From: Eledone cirrhosa
Taxonomy: Eukaryota
Direction of reading: 5' to 3'
NCBI GenBank assembly: GCA_964016885.1
Contig: OZ024741.1
Coordinates: 28,458,001-28,522,000 of the forward strand
Length of the DNA: 64,000 nt
The position numbers and the translations under genes were made by a program. Position 1 is the stretch's first letter, and each line of letters starts with the position of its first letter. The notes beneath the pieces were generated by a model. That model searched no databases. It was given only the letters and a program-made list of their open reading frames with translations, and had not been told where the DNA came from. Shown piece after piece: positions 1 to 14,800 of the stretch.

Positions 1-3000
1 ATAGATACCGTCAGTCTTACTAGAGTGTAGGTTATTGTTAGATCACTGGTATTTATAGGGATATAACTACACATAGATACTGTCAGTGTTACTACAGTGT
101 AGGTTATTGGCAGATAACTGGTATATATAGGGATATAACTATACATAGATACTGACAGTGGTACTACAGTGTAGGTTATTGGTATATAACTGGTATATAT
201 AGGGATATAACTACATATAGATACTGTCAGTGGTACTAGAGTGTAGGTTATTGGTATATAACTGGTATATATAGGGATATAACTATACATAGATACTGTC
301 AGTGGTACTACAGTGTAAGTTATTGGTAGATAACTGGTATATATAGGGATATAACTACACATAGATACTAACAGTGGTACTACAGCGTAGGCTATTGGTA
401 TATAACTGGTATATATAGGGATATAACTACATATAGATACTGTCAGTGGTACTATAGTGTAGGTTATTGGTATATAACTGGTATATATAGGGATATAACT
501 ACACATAGATACTGTCAGTGGTACTACAGTGTAGGTTATTGGTAGATTACTGATATATATATATGGATATAACTACATATAGATACTGTCAGTGGTACTA
601 CAGTCTAGGTCATTGGTAGATAACTGGTATATATAGGGATATAACTACATATAGATACTGTCAGTGGTACTACAGTGTAGGTTATTGGTAGATAACTGGT
701 ATATATAGGGATATAACTACATATAGATACTGACAGTTGTACTACAGTGTATGTTATTGGTAGATAACTGGTATATATAGGGATATAACTACATATAGAT
801 ACTGTCAGTGGTACTACAGTCTAGGTTATTAGTAGATAACTGGTATATATAGGGATATAACTACATAGAGATACTGTCAGTGGTACTACAGTGTAGGTTA
901 TTGGTATATAACTGGAATATATAGGGATTTAACTACACATAGATACTGTCAGTGGTACTACAGTGTAGGATATTGGTATATAACTGGTATTTATAGGATT
1001 ATAACTACATACAGATACTGTCAGTGGTACTATAGTGTAGGTTATTGGTATATAACTGGTATATATAGGGATATAACTACACATAGATACTGTCAGTGGT
1101 ACTACAGTGTAGGTTATTGGTAGATAACTGGTATATATAGGGATATAACTACACATAGATACTGACAGTAGTACTACTGTGTAGGTTATTGGTAGATAAC
1201 AGGTATATATCTGGATATAACTACATATAGATACTCTCAGTGGTACTACAGTGTAGGTTATTGGTAGATAACTGGTATATATAGGGATATAACTACATAT
1301 AGATACTGTCAGTGGTACTACCGTGTAGGTTTTTGGTAGATAACTGGTATATATAGGGATATAACTACACATAGATACCGTCAGTCTTACTAGAGTGTAG
1401 GTTATTGTTAGATCACTGGTATATATAGGGATATAACTACACATAGATACTGTCAGTGTTACTACAGTGTAGGTTATTGGTAGATAACTGGTATATATAG
1501 GGATATAACTATACATAGATACTGACAGTGGTACTACAGTGTAGGTTATTGGTATATAACTGGTATATATAGGGATATAACTACATATAGATACTGTCAG
1601 TGGTACTAGAGTGTAGGTTATTGGTATATAACTGGTATATATAGGGATATAACTATACATAGATACTGTCAGTGGTACTACAGTATAGGTTATTGTTAGA
1701 TAACTGGTATATATAGGGATATAACTACATATAGATACTGTCAGTGGTACTACAGTGTAGGTTATTGGTAGATAACTGGTATATATAGGGATATAACTAC
1801 ACGTAGATACTGTCAGTCTTACTAGAGTGTAGGTTATTGGTACATAACTAGTATATATAGGGATATAACTACACATAGATACTGTCAGTGGTACTACAGT
1901 GTAAGTTATTGGTAGATAACTGGTATATATAGGGATATAACTACACATAGATACTAACAGTGGTACTACAGTGTAGGCTATTGGTATATAACTGGTATAT
2001 ATAGGGATATAACTATATATAGATACTGTCAGTGGTACTACAGTGTAGGTTATTGGTAGATAACTGGTATATATAGGGATATAACTACATATAGATACTG
2101 TCAGTGGTACTACAGTGTAGGTTATTGGTAGATAACTGGTATATATAGGGATATAACTACATATAGATACTGTCAGTGTTACTACAGTGTAGGTTATTGG
2201 TAGATAACTGGTATATATAGGGATATAACTACATATAGATACTGTCAGTGGTACTACAGTGTAGGTTATTGGTAGATAACTGGTATATATAGGGATATAA
2301 CTACATATAGATACTGTCAGTGTTACTACAGTGTAGGTTATTGGTATATAACTGGTATATATAGGGATATAACTACATATACAGATAATGTCAGTCTTAC
2401 TACAGTGTAGGTTATTGGTAGATAACTGGTATATATAGGGATATAACTACACATAGATACTGTCAGTGTTACTACAGTGTAACTTATTGGTATAGAACTG
2501 GTATATATAGGGATATAACTACATATAGATACTGTCAGTGGTATTACAGTGTAGGTTATTGGCAGATAACTGGTATATATAGGGATATAACTACACATAG
2601 ATACTGTCAGTGGTACTACAATGTAAGTTATTGGTAGATAACTGGTATATATAGGGATATAACTACATATAGATACTATCAGTGTTACTACAGTGTAGGT
2701 TATTGGTATATAACTGGTATATATAGGGATATAACTACGTACAGATACTGTCAGCGGTACTACAGTGTAGGTTATTGGTATATAACTGGTATATATAGAG
2801 ATATAACTACATATACAGATACTGCCAGTCTTACTACAGTGTAGGTTATTGGTAGATAACTGGTATATATAGGGATATAAGTACATATAGATACTGTCAG
2901 TGGTACTACCGTGTAGGTTATTGGTAGATAACTGGTATATATAGGGATATAACTACACATAGATACCGTCAGTCTTACTAGAGTGTAGGTTATTGTTAGA

Positions 3001-5150
3001 TCACTGGTATTTATAGGGATATAACTACACATAGATACTGTCAGTGTTACTACAGTGTAGGTTATTGGCAGATAACTGGTATATATAGGGATATAACTAT
3101 ACATAGATACTGACAGTGGTACTACAGTGTAGGTTATTGGTATATAACTGGTATATATAGGGATATAACTACATATAGATACTGTCAGTGGTACTAGAGT
3201 GTAGGTTATTGGTATATAACTGGTATATATAGGGATATAACTATACATAGATACTGTCAGTGGTACTACAGTGTAAGTTATTGGTAGATAACTGGTATAT
3301 ATAGGGATATAACTACACATAGATACTAACAGTGGTACTACAGCGTAGGCTATTGGTATATAACTGGTATATATAGGGATATAACTACATATAGATACTG
3401 TCAGTGGTACTATAGTGTAGGTTATTGGTATATAACTGGTATATATAGGGATATAACTACACATAGATACTGTCAGTGGTACTACAGTGTAGGTTATTGG
3501 TAGATTACTGATATATATATATGGATATAACTACATATAGATACTGTCAGTGGTACTACAGTCTAGGTCATTGGTAGATAACTGGTATATATAGGGATAT
3601 AACTACATATAGATACAGTCAGTGGTACTACAGTGTAGGTTATTGGTAGATAACTGGTATATATAGGGATATAACTACATATAGATACTGACAGTTGTAC
3701 TACAGTGTATGTTATTGGTAGATAACTGGTATATATAGGGATATAACTACATATAGATACTGTCAGTGGTACTACAGTCTAGGTTATTAGTAGATAACTG
3801 GTATATATAGGGATATAACTACATAGAGATACTGTCAGTGGTACTACAGTGTAGGTTATTGGTATATAACTGGAATATATAGGGATTTAACTACACATAG
3901 ATACTGTCAGTGGTACTACAGTGTAGGATATTGGTATATAACTGGTATTTATAGGATTATAACTACATACAGATACTGTCAGTGGTACTATAGTGTAGGT
4001 TATTGGTATATAACTGGTATATATAGGGATATAACTACACATAGATACTGTCAGTGGTACTACAGTGTAGGTTATTGGTAGATAACTGGTATATATAGGG
4101 ATATAACTACACATAGATACTGACAGTAGTACTACTGTGTAGGTTATTGGTAGATAACAGGTATATATCTGGATATAACTACATATAGATACTCTCAGTG
4201 GTACTACAGTGTAGGTTATTGGTAGATAACTGGTATATATAGGGATATAACTACATATAGATACTGTCAGTGGTACTACCGTGTAGGTTTTTGGTAGATA
4301 ACTGGTATATATAGGGATATAACTACACATAGATACCGTCAGTCTTACTAGAGTGTAGGTTATTGTTAGATCACTGGTATATATAGGGATATAACTACAC
4401 ATAGATACTGTCAGTGTTACTACAGTGTAGGTTATTGGTAGATAACTGGTATATATAGGGATATAACTATACATAGATACTGACAGTGGTACTACAGTGT
4501 AGGTTATTGGTATATAACTGGTATATATAGGGATATAACTACATATAGATACTGTCAGTGGTACTAGAGTGTAGGTTATTGGTATATAACTGGTATATAT
4601 AGGGATATAACTATACATAGATACTGTCAGTGGTACTACAGTATAGGTTATTGTTAGATAACTGGTATATATAGGGATATAACTACATATAGATACTGTC
4701 AGTGGTACTACAGTGTAGGTTATTGGTAGATAACTGGTATATATAGGGATATAACTACACGTAGATACTGTCAGTCTTACTAGAGTGTAGGTTATTGGTA
4801 CATAACTAGTATATATAGGGATATAACTACACATAGATACTGTCAGTGGTACTACAGTGTAAGTTATTGGTAGATAACTGGTATATATAGGGATATAACT
4901 ACACATAGATACTAACAGTGGTACTACAGTGTAGGCTATTGGTATATAACTGGTATATATAGGGATATAACTATATATAGATACAGTCAGTGGTACTACA
5001 GTGTAGGTTATTGGTAGATAACTGGTATATATAGGGATATAACTACATATAGATACTGTCAGTGGTACTACAGTGTAGGTTATTGGTAGATAACTGGTAT
5101 ATATAGGGATATAACTACATATAGATACTGTCAGTGTTACTACAGTGTAG
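1..5150. repeat. Higher-order duplication, offset 2958 bp (41 monomers + 6 bp)
   Basis: ATAGATACCGTCAGTCTTACTAGAG...GATCACTGGTATTTATAGG at position 1 recurs at 2959. ORF ends 929 and 3887 differ by 2958. Rare variants such as GATTACTGATATAT, GATAACAGGTATATATCTGG and GGTTTTTGG appear in both copies. Confidence 0.93.
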
Positions 5151-8100
5151 GTTATTGGTAGATAACTGGTATATATAGGGATATAACTACATATACAGAT
5201 AATGTCAGTCTTACTACAGTGTAGGTTATTGGTAGATAACTGGTATATATAGGGATATAACAACACATAGATACTGTCAGTGTTACTACAGTGTAACTTA
5301 TTGGTATAGAACTGGTATATATAGGGATATAACTACATATAGATACTGTCAGTGGTATTACAGTGTAGGTTATTGGCAGATAACTGGTATATATAGGGAT
5401 ATAACTACACATAGATACTGTCAGTGGTACTACAATGGAAGTTATTGGTAGATAACTGGTATATATAGGGATATAACTACGTATAGATACTGTCAGCGGT
5501 ACTACAGTGTAGGTTATTGGTATATAACTGGTATATATAGAGATATAACTACATATACAGATACTGCCAGTCTTACTACAGTGTAGGTTATTGGTAGATA
5601 ACTGGTATATATAGGGATATAAGTACATATAGATACTGTCAGTGGTACTACCGTGTAGGTTATTGGTAGATAACTGGTATATATAGGGATATAACTACAC
5701 ATAGATACCGTCAGTCTTACTAGAGTGTAGGTTATTGTTAGATCACTGGTATATATAGGGATATAACTACACATAGATACTGTCAGTGTTACTACAGTGT
5801 AGGTTATTGGCAGATAACTGGTATATATAGGGATATAACTTTACATAGATACTGACAGTGGTACTACAGTGTAGGTTATTGGTATATAACTGGTATATAT
5901 AGGGATATAACTACATATAGATACTGTCAGTGGTACTAGAGTGTAGGTTATTGGTATATAACTGGTATATATAGGGATATAACTATACATAGATACTGTC
6001 AGTGGTACTACAGTATATGTTATTGGTAGATAACTGGTATATATAGGGATATAACTACATATAGATATTGTCAGTGGTACTACAGTGTAGGTTATTGGTA
6101 GATAACTGGTATATATAGGGATATATCTACACGTAGATACTGTCAGTCTTACTAGAGTGTAGGTTATTGGTACATAACTAGTATATATAGGGATATAACT
6201 ACACATAGATACTGTCAGTGGTACTACAGTGTAAGTTATTGGTAGATAACTGGTATATATAGGGATATAACTACACATAGATACTAACAGTGGTACTACA
6301 GCGTAGGCTATTGGTATATAACTGGTATATATAGGGATATAACTACATATAGATACTGTCAGTGGTACTATAGTGTAGGATATTGGTATATAACTGGTAT
6401 ATATAGGGATATAACTACACATAGATACTGTCAGTGGTACTACAGTGTAGGTTATTGGTAGATTACTGGTATATATATATGGATATAACTACATATAGAT
6501 ACTGTCAGTGGTACTACAGTCTAGGTCATTGGTAGATAACTGGTATATATAGGGATATAACTACATATAGATACTGTCAGTGGTACTACAGTGTAGGTTA
6601 TTGGTAGATAACTGGTATATATAGGGATATAACTACATATAGATACTGACAGTTGTACTACAGTGTATGTTATTGGTAGATAACTGGTATATATAGGGAT
6701 ATAACTACATATAGATACTGTCAGTGGTACTACAGTCTAGGTTATTAGTAGATAACTGGTATATATAGGGATATAACTACATAGAGATACTGTCAGTGGT
6801 ACTAGAGTGTAGGTTATTGGTAGATAACTGGTATATATAGGGATATAACTACACATAGATACTGTCAGTGGTACTACAGTGTAGGTTATTGGTATATAAC
6901 TGGAATATATAGGGATTTAACTACACATAGATACTGTCAGTGGTACTACAGTGTAGGATATTGGTATATAACTGGTATTTATAGGATTATAACTACATAT
7001 AGATACTGTCAGTGGTACTATAGTGTAGCTTATTGGTATATAACTGGTATATATAGGGATATAACTACACATAGATACTGTCAGTGGTACTACAGTGTAG
7101 GTTATTGGTAGATAACTGGTATATATAGGGATATAACTACACATAGATACTGACAGTAGTACTACAGTGTAGGTTATTGGTAGATAACTGGTATATATCT
7201 GGATATAACTACATATAGATACTCTCAGTGGTACTACAGTGTAGGTTATTGGTAGATAACTGGTATATATAGGGATATAACTACATATAGATACTGTCAG
7301 TGTTACTACAGTGTAGGTTATTGGTATATAACTGGTATATATAGGGAGATAACTACATATACAGATAATGTCAGTCTTACTACAGTGTAGGTTATTGGTA
7401 GATAATTGGTATATATAGGGATATAACTACATATAGATACAGTCAGTGATACTACAGTGTAGGTTATTGGTAGATAACTGGTATATATAGGGATATAACT
7501 ACATATAGATACTGTCAGTGGTACTACCGTGTAGGTTATTGGTAGATAACTGGTATATACAGGGATATAACTACACATAGATATTGTCAGTCTTACTAGA
7601 GTGTAGGTTATTGTTAGATCACTGGTATATATAGGGATATAACTACACATAGATACTGTCAGTGGTACTACAGTGTAGGTTATTGGTAGATAACTGGTAT
7701 ATATAGGGATATAACTATACATAGATACTGACAGTGGTACTACAGTGTAGGTTATTGGTATATAACTGGTATATATAGGGATATAACTACACATAGATAC
7801 TGACAGTAGTACTACAGTGTAGGTTATTGGTATATAACTGGTATATATTGGGATATAGCTACACATAGATACTGTCAGTGGTACTACAGTGTAGGTTATT
7901 GGTAGATAACTGGTATATATAGGGATATAACTACACATAGATACTGTCAGTGGTACTACAATGTAAGTTATTGGTAGATAACTGGTATATATAGGGATAT
8001 AACTACGTATAGATACTGTCAGTGGTACTACAGTGTAGGTTATTGGTATATAACTGGTATATATAGAGATATAACTACATGTACAGATACTGCCAGTCTT

Positions 8101-8859
8101 ACTACAGTGTAGGTTATTGGTAGATAACTGGTATATATAGGGATATAACTACATATAGATACTGTCAGTGGTACTACCGTGTAGGTTATTGGTAGATAAC
8201 TGGTATATATAGGCATATAACTACACATAGATATTGTCAGTCTTACTAGAGTGTAGGTTATTGTTAGATCACTGGTATATATAGGGATATAACTACACAT
8301 AGATACTGTCAGTGGTACTACAGTGTAGGTTATTGGTAGATAACTGGTATATATAGGGATATAACTATACATAGATACTGACAGTGGTACTACAGTGTAG
8401 GTTATTGGTATATAACTGGTATATATAGGGATATAACTACATATAGATAGTGTCAGTGGTACTAGAGTGTAGGTTATTTGTATATAACTGGTATATATAG
8501 GGATATAACTATACATAGATACTGTCAGTGGTACTACAGTATAGGTTATTGGTAGATAACTGGTATATATAGGGATATAACTACATATAGATACTGTCAG
8601 TGGTACTACAGTCTAGGTTATTGGTAGATAACTGGTATATATAGGGATATAACTACATACAGATACTGTCAGTGGTACTACAGAGTAGGTTATTGGTAGA
8701 TAACTGGTATATATAGGATTATAACTACATATAGATACTGTCAGTGGTACTATAGTGTAGGTTATTGGTATATAACTGGTATATATAGGGATATAACTAC
8801 ACATAGATACTGTCAGTGGTACTACAGTGTAGGTTATTGGTAGATAACTGGTATATATA

Positions 8860-11800
8860 GGGATATAACTACATATAGATACTGACAGTTGTACTACAGT
8901 GTAGGTTATTGGTAGATAACTGGTATATATAGGGATATAACTACATATAGATACTGTCAGTGTTACTACAGTGTATGTTATTGGTATATGACTGGTATAT
9001 ATAGGGATATAACTACATATACAGATAATGTCAGTCTTACTACAGTGTAGGTTATTGGTAGATAACTGGTATATATAGGGATATAACTACACATAGATAC
9101 TGTCAGTGTTACTACAGTGTAACTTATTGGTATAGAACTGGTATATATAGGGATATAACTACATATAGATACTGTCAGTGGTATTACAGTGTAGGTTATT
9201 GGTAGATAACTGGTATATATAGGGATATAACTACACATAGATACTGTCAGTGGTACTACAATGTAAGTTATTGGTAGATAACTGGTATATATAGGGATAT
9301 AACTACGTATAGATACTGTCAGCGGTACTACAGTGTAGGTTATTGGTATATAACTGGTATATATAGAGATATAACTACATATACAGATACTGCCAGTCTT
9401 ACTACAGTGTAGGTCATTGGTAGATAACTGGTATATATAGGGATATACCTACATATAGATACTGTCAGTGGTACTACCGTGTAGGCTATTGGTAGATAAC
9501 TGGTATATATAGGGATATAACTACACATAGATATTGTCAGTCTTACTAGAGTGTAGGTTATTGTTAGATCACTGGTATATATAGGGATATAACTACACAT
9601 AGATACTGTCAGTGGTACTACAGTGTAGGTTATTGGTAGATAACTGGTATATATAGGGATATAACTATACATAGATACTGTCAGTGGTACTACAGTGTAG
9701 GTTATTGGTAGATAACTGGTATATATAGGGATATAACTACACATAGATACTGTCAGTGGTACTACAGTGTAGGTTATTGGTAGATAACTGGTATATATAG
9801 GGATATAACTATACATAGATACTGACAGTGGTACTACAGTGTAGGTTATTGGTATATAACTGGTATATATAGGGATATAACTACATATAGATAGTGTCAG
9901 TGGTACTAGAGTGTAGGTTATTTGTATATAACTGGTATATATAGGGATATAACTATACATAGATACTGTCAGTGGTACTACAGTATAGGTTATTGGTAGA
10001 TAACTGGTATATATAGGGATATAACTACATATAGATACTGTCAGTGGTACTACAGTCTAGGTTATTGGTAGATAACTGGTATATATATTGATATAACTAC
10101 ATACAGATACTGTCAGTGGTATTACAGTGTAGCTTATTGGTATATAACTGGTATATATAGGGATATAACTACATATACAGATAATGTCAGTCTTACTACA
10201 GAGTAGGTTATTGGTAGATAACTGGTATATATAGGGATATAACTACACATAGATACTGTCAGTGTTACTACAGTGTAACTTATTAGTATAGAACTGGTAT
10301 ATATAGGGATATAACTACATATAGATACTGTCAGTGGTACTACAGTGTAGGTTATTGGTAGATAACTGGTATATATAGGGATATAACTACACATAGATAC
10401 TGTCAGTGGTACTACAATGTAAGTTATTGGTAGATAACTGGTATATATAGGGATATAACTACGTATAGATACTGTCAGCGGTACTACAGTGTAGGTTATT
10501 GGTATATAACTGGTATATATAGGGATATAACTACATATACAGATAATGTCAGTCTTACTACAGAGTAGGTTATTGGTATATAACTGGTATATATATGGAT
10601 ATAACTACATATAGATACTGCCAGTCTTACTACAGTGTATGTTATTGGTAGATAACTGGTATATATAGGGATATAACTAAATATAGATACTGTCAGTGGT
10701 ACTACCGTGTAGGTTATTGGTAGATAACTGGTATATATAGGGATATAACTACATATAGATACCGTCAGTCTTACTAGAGTGTAGGTTATTGTTAGATCAC
10801 TGGTATATATAGGGATATAACTACACATAGATACTGTCAGTGGTACTACAGTGTAGGTTATTGGTAGATAACTGGTATATATTGGGATATAACTATACAT
10901 AGATACTGACAGTGGTACTACAGTGTAGGTTATTGGTATATAACTGGTATATATAGGGATATAACTACATAAGGATACTGTCAGTGGTACTAGAGTGTAG
11001 GTTATTGGTATATAACTGGTATATATAGGGATATAACTATACATAGATACTGTCAGTGGTACTACAGTATAGGTTATTGGTAGATAACTGGTATATATAG
11101 GGATATAACTACATATAGATATTGTCAGTGGTACTACAGTCTAGGTTATTGGTAGATAACTGGTATATATAGGGATATAACTACATACAGATACTGTCAG
11201 TGGTACTACAGAGTAGGGTATTAGTATATAACTGGTATATATAGGGATATAACTACACATAGATACTGACAGTTGTACTACAGTGTAGGTTATTGGTATA
11301 TAACTGGTATATATTGGGATATAACTACACATAGATACTGACAGTGGTACTACAGTGTAGGTTATTGGTAGATAACTGGTATATATAGGGATATAACTAC
11401 ATATAGATACTGACAGTGGTACTACAGTGTAGGCTATTGGTATATAACTGGTATATATAGGGTTATAACTACATATAGATACTGTTGGTGGTACTACAGT
11501 CTAGGTTATTGGTATATAACTGGTATATATAGGGATATAACTACATATACAGATACTGTCAGTCTTACTACAGTGTAGGTTATTGGTAGATAACTGGTAT
11601 ATATAGGGATATAACTACATACAGATACTGTCAGTGGTACTACAGAGTAGGGTATTAGTATATAACTGGTATATATAGAGATATAACTACACATAGATAC
11701 TGACAGTTGTACTACAGTGTAAGTTATTGGTAGATAACTGGTATATATAGGGATATAACTACACATAGATACTAACAGTGGTACTACAGTGTAAGTTATT

Positions 11801-14800
11801 GGTATATAACTGGTATATATAGGGATATAACTACATATAGATACTGTCAGTGGTACTATAGTGTAGGTTATTGGTATATAACTGTTATATATAGGGATAT
11901 AACTACACATAGATACTGTCAGTGGTACTACAGTGTAGGTTATTGGTAGATAACTGGTATATATAGGGATATAACTACATATAGATATTGACAGTGGTAC
12001 TACAGTGTAGGTTATTGGTAGATTACTGGTATATATATATGGATATAACTACATATAGATACTGTCAGTGGTACAACAGTTTGGGTCATTGGTAGATAAC
12101 TGGTATATATAGGGATATAACTACATATAGATACTGTTAGTGTTACTACAGTGTAGGTTATTGGTAGATAACTGGTATATATAGGGATATAACTACATAT
12201 AGATACTGACAGTTGTACTACAGTGTATGTTATTGGTAGATAACTGGTATATATAGGGATATAACTACATATAGATACTGTCAGTGGTACTACAGTCTAG
12301 GTTATTGGTAGATAACTGGTATATATAGGGATATAACTACATAGAGATACTGTCAGTGGTACTAGAGTGTAGGTTATTGGTAGATAACTGGTATATATAG
12401 GGATATAACTACACATAGATACTGTCAGTGGTACTACAGTGTAGGTTATTGGTATATAACTGGAATATATAGGGATTTAACTACACATAGATACTGTCAG
12501 TGGTACTACAGTGTAGGTTATTGGTATATAACTGGTATTTATAGGATTATAACTACATATAGATACTGTCAGTGGTACTACAGTCTAGGTTATTGGTAGA
12601 TAACTGGTATATATAGGGATATAACTACATATAGATACTGACAGTTGTACTACAGTGTAGGTTATTGGTAGATAACTGGTATATATAGGGATATAACTAC
12701 ATATAGATACTGTCAGTGTTACTACAGTGTATGTTATTGGTATATGACTGGTATATATAGGGATATAACTACATATACAGATAATGTCAGTCTTACTACA
12801 GTGTAGGTTATTGGTAGATAACTGGTATATATAGGGATATAACTACACATAGATACTGTCAGTGTTACTACAGTGTAACTTATTGGTATAGAACTGGTAT
12901 ATATAGGGATATAACTACATATAGATACTGTCAGTGGTATTACAGTGTAGGTTATTGGTAGATAACTGGTATATATAGGGATATAACTACACATAGATAC
13001 TGTCAGTGGTACTACAATGTAAGTTATTGGTAGATAACTGGTATATATAGGGATATAACTACGTATAGATACTGTCAGCGGTACTACAGTGTAGGTTATT
13101 GGTATATAACTGGTATATATAGAGATATAACTACATATACAGATACTGCCAGTCTTACTACAGTGTAGGTCATTGGTAGATAACTGGTATATATAGGGAT
13201 ATACCTACATATAGATACTGTCAGTGGTACTACCGTGTAGGCTATTGGTAGATAACTGGTATATATAGGGATATAACTACACATAGATATTGTCAGTCTT
13301 ACTAGAGTGTAGGTTATTGTTAGATCACTGGTATATATAGGGATATAACTACACATAGATACTGTCAGTGGTACTACAGTGTAGGTTATTGGTAGATAAC
13401 TGGTATATATAGGGATATAACTATACATAGATACTGTCAGTGGTACTACAGTGTAGGTTATTGGTAGATAACTGGTATATATAGGGATATAACTACACAT
13501 AGATACTGTCAGTGGTACTACAGTGTAGGTTATTGGTAGATAACTGGTATATATAGGGATATAACTATACATAGATACTGACAGTGGTACTACAGTGTAG
13601 GTTATTGGTATATAACTGGTATATATAGGGATATAACTACATATAGATAGTGTCAGTGGTACTAGAGTGTAGGTTATTTGTATATAACTGGTATATATAG
13701 GGATATAACTATACATAGATACTGTCAGTGGTACTACAGTATAGGTTATTGGTAGATAACTGGTATATATAGGGATATAACTACATATAGATACTGTCAG
13801 TGGTACTACAGTCTAGGTTATTGGTAGATAACTGGTATATATATTGATATAACTACATACAGATACTGTCAGTGGTATTACAGTGTAGCTTATTGGTATA
13901 TAACTGGTATATATAGGGATATAACTACATATACAGATAATGTCAGTCTTACTACAGAGTAGGTTATTGGTAGATAACTGGTATATATAGGGATATAACT
14001 ACACATAGATACTGTCAGTGTTACTACAGTGTAACTTATTAGTATAGAACTGGTATATATAGGGATATAACTACATATAGATACTGTTAGTGTTACTACA
14101 GTGTAGGTTATTGGTAGATAACTGGTATATATAGGGATATAACTACATATAGATACTGACAGTTGTACTACAGTGTATGTTATTGGTAGATAACTGGTAT
14201 ATATAGGGATATAACTACATATAGATACTGTCAGTGGTACTACAGTCTAGGTTATTGGTAGATAACTGGTATATATAGGGATATAACTACATAGAGATAC
14301 TGTCAGTGGTACTAGAGTGTAGGTTATTGGTAGATAACTGGTATATATAGGGATATAACTACACATAGATACTGTCAGTGGTACTACAGTGTAGGTTATT
14401 GGTATATAACTGGAATATATAGGGATTTAACTACACATAGATACTGTCAGTGGTACTACAGTGTAGGTTATTGGTATATAACTGGTATTTATAGGATTAT
14501 AACTACATATAGATACTGTCAGTGGTACTACAGTCTAGGTTATTGGTAGATAACTGGTATATATAGGGATATAACTACATATAGATACTGACAGTTGTAC
14601 TACAGTGTAGGTTATTGGTAGATAACTGGTATATATAGGGATATAACTACATATAGATACTGTCAGTGTTACTACAGTGTATGTTATTGGTATATGACTG
14701 GTATATATAGGGATATAACTACATATACAGATAATGTCAGTCTTACTACAGTGTAGGTTATTGGTAGATAACTGGTATATATAGGGATATAACTACACAT

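Noticed and set aside
1083-1154. tRNA, 5S or other small-RNA gene array (72-nt, tRNA-sized unit)
   Set aside because: I found no cloverleaf, no convincing A or B box (no GTTCGA-like motif), no poly-T terminator and no spacer between units.
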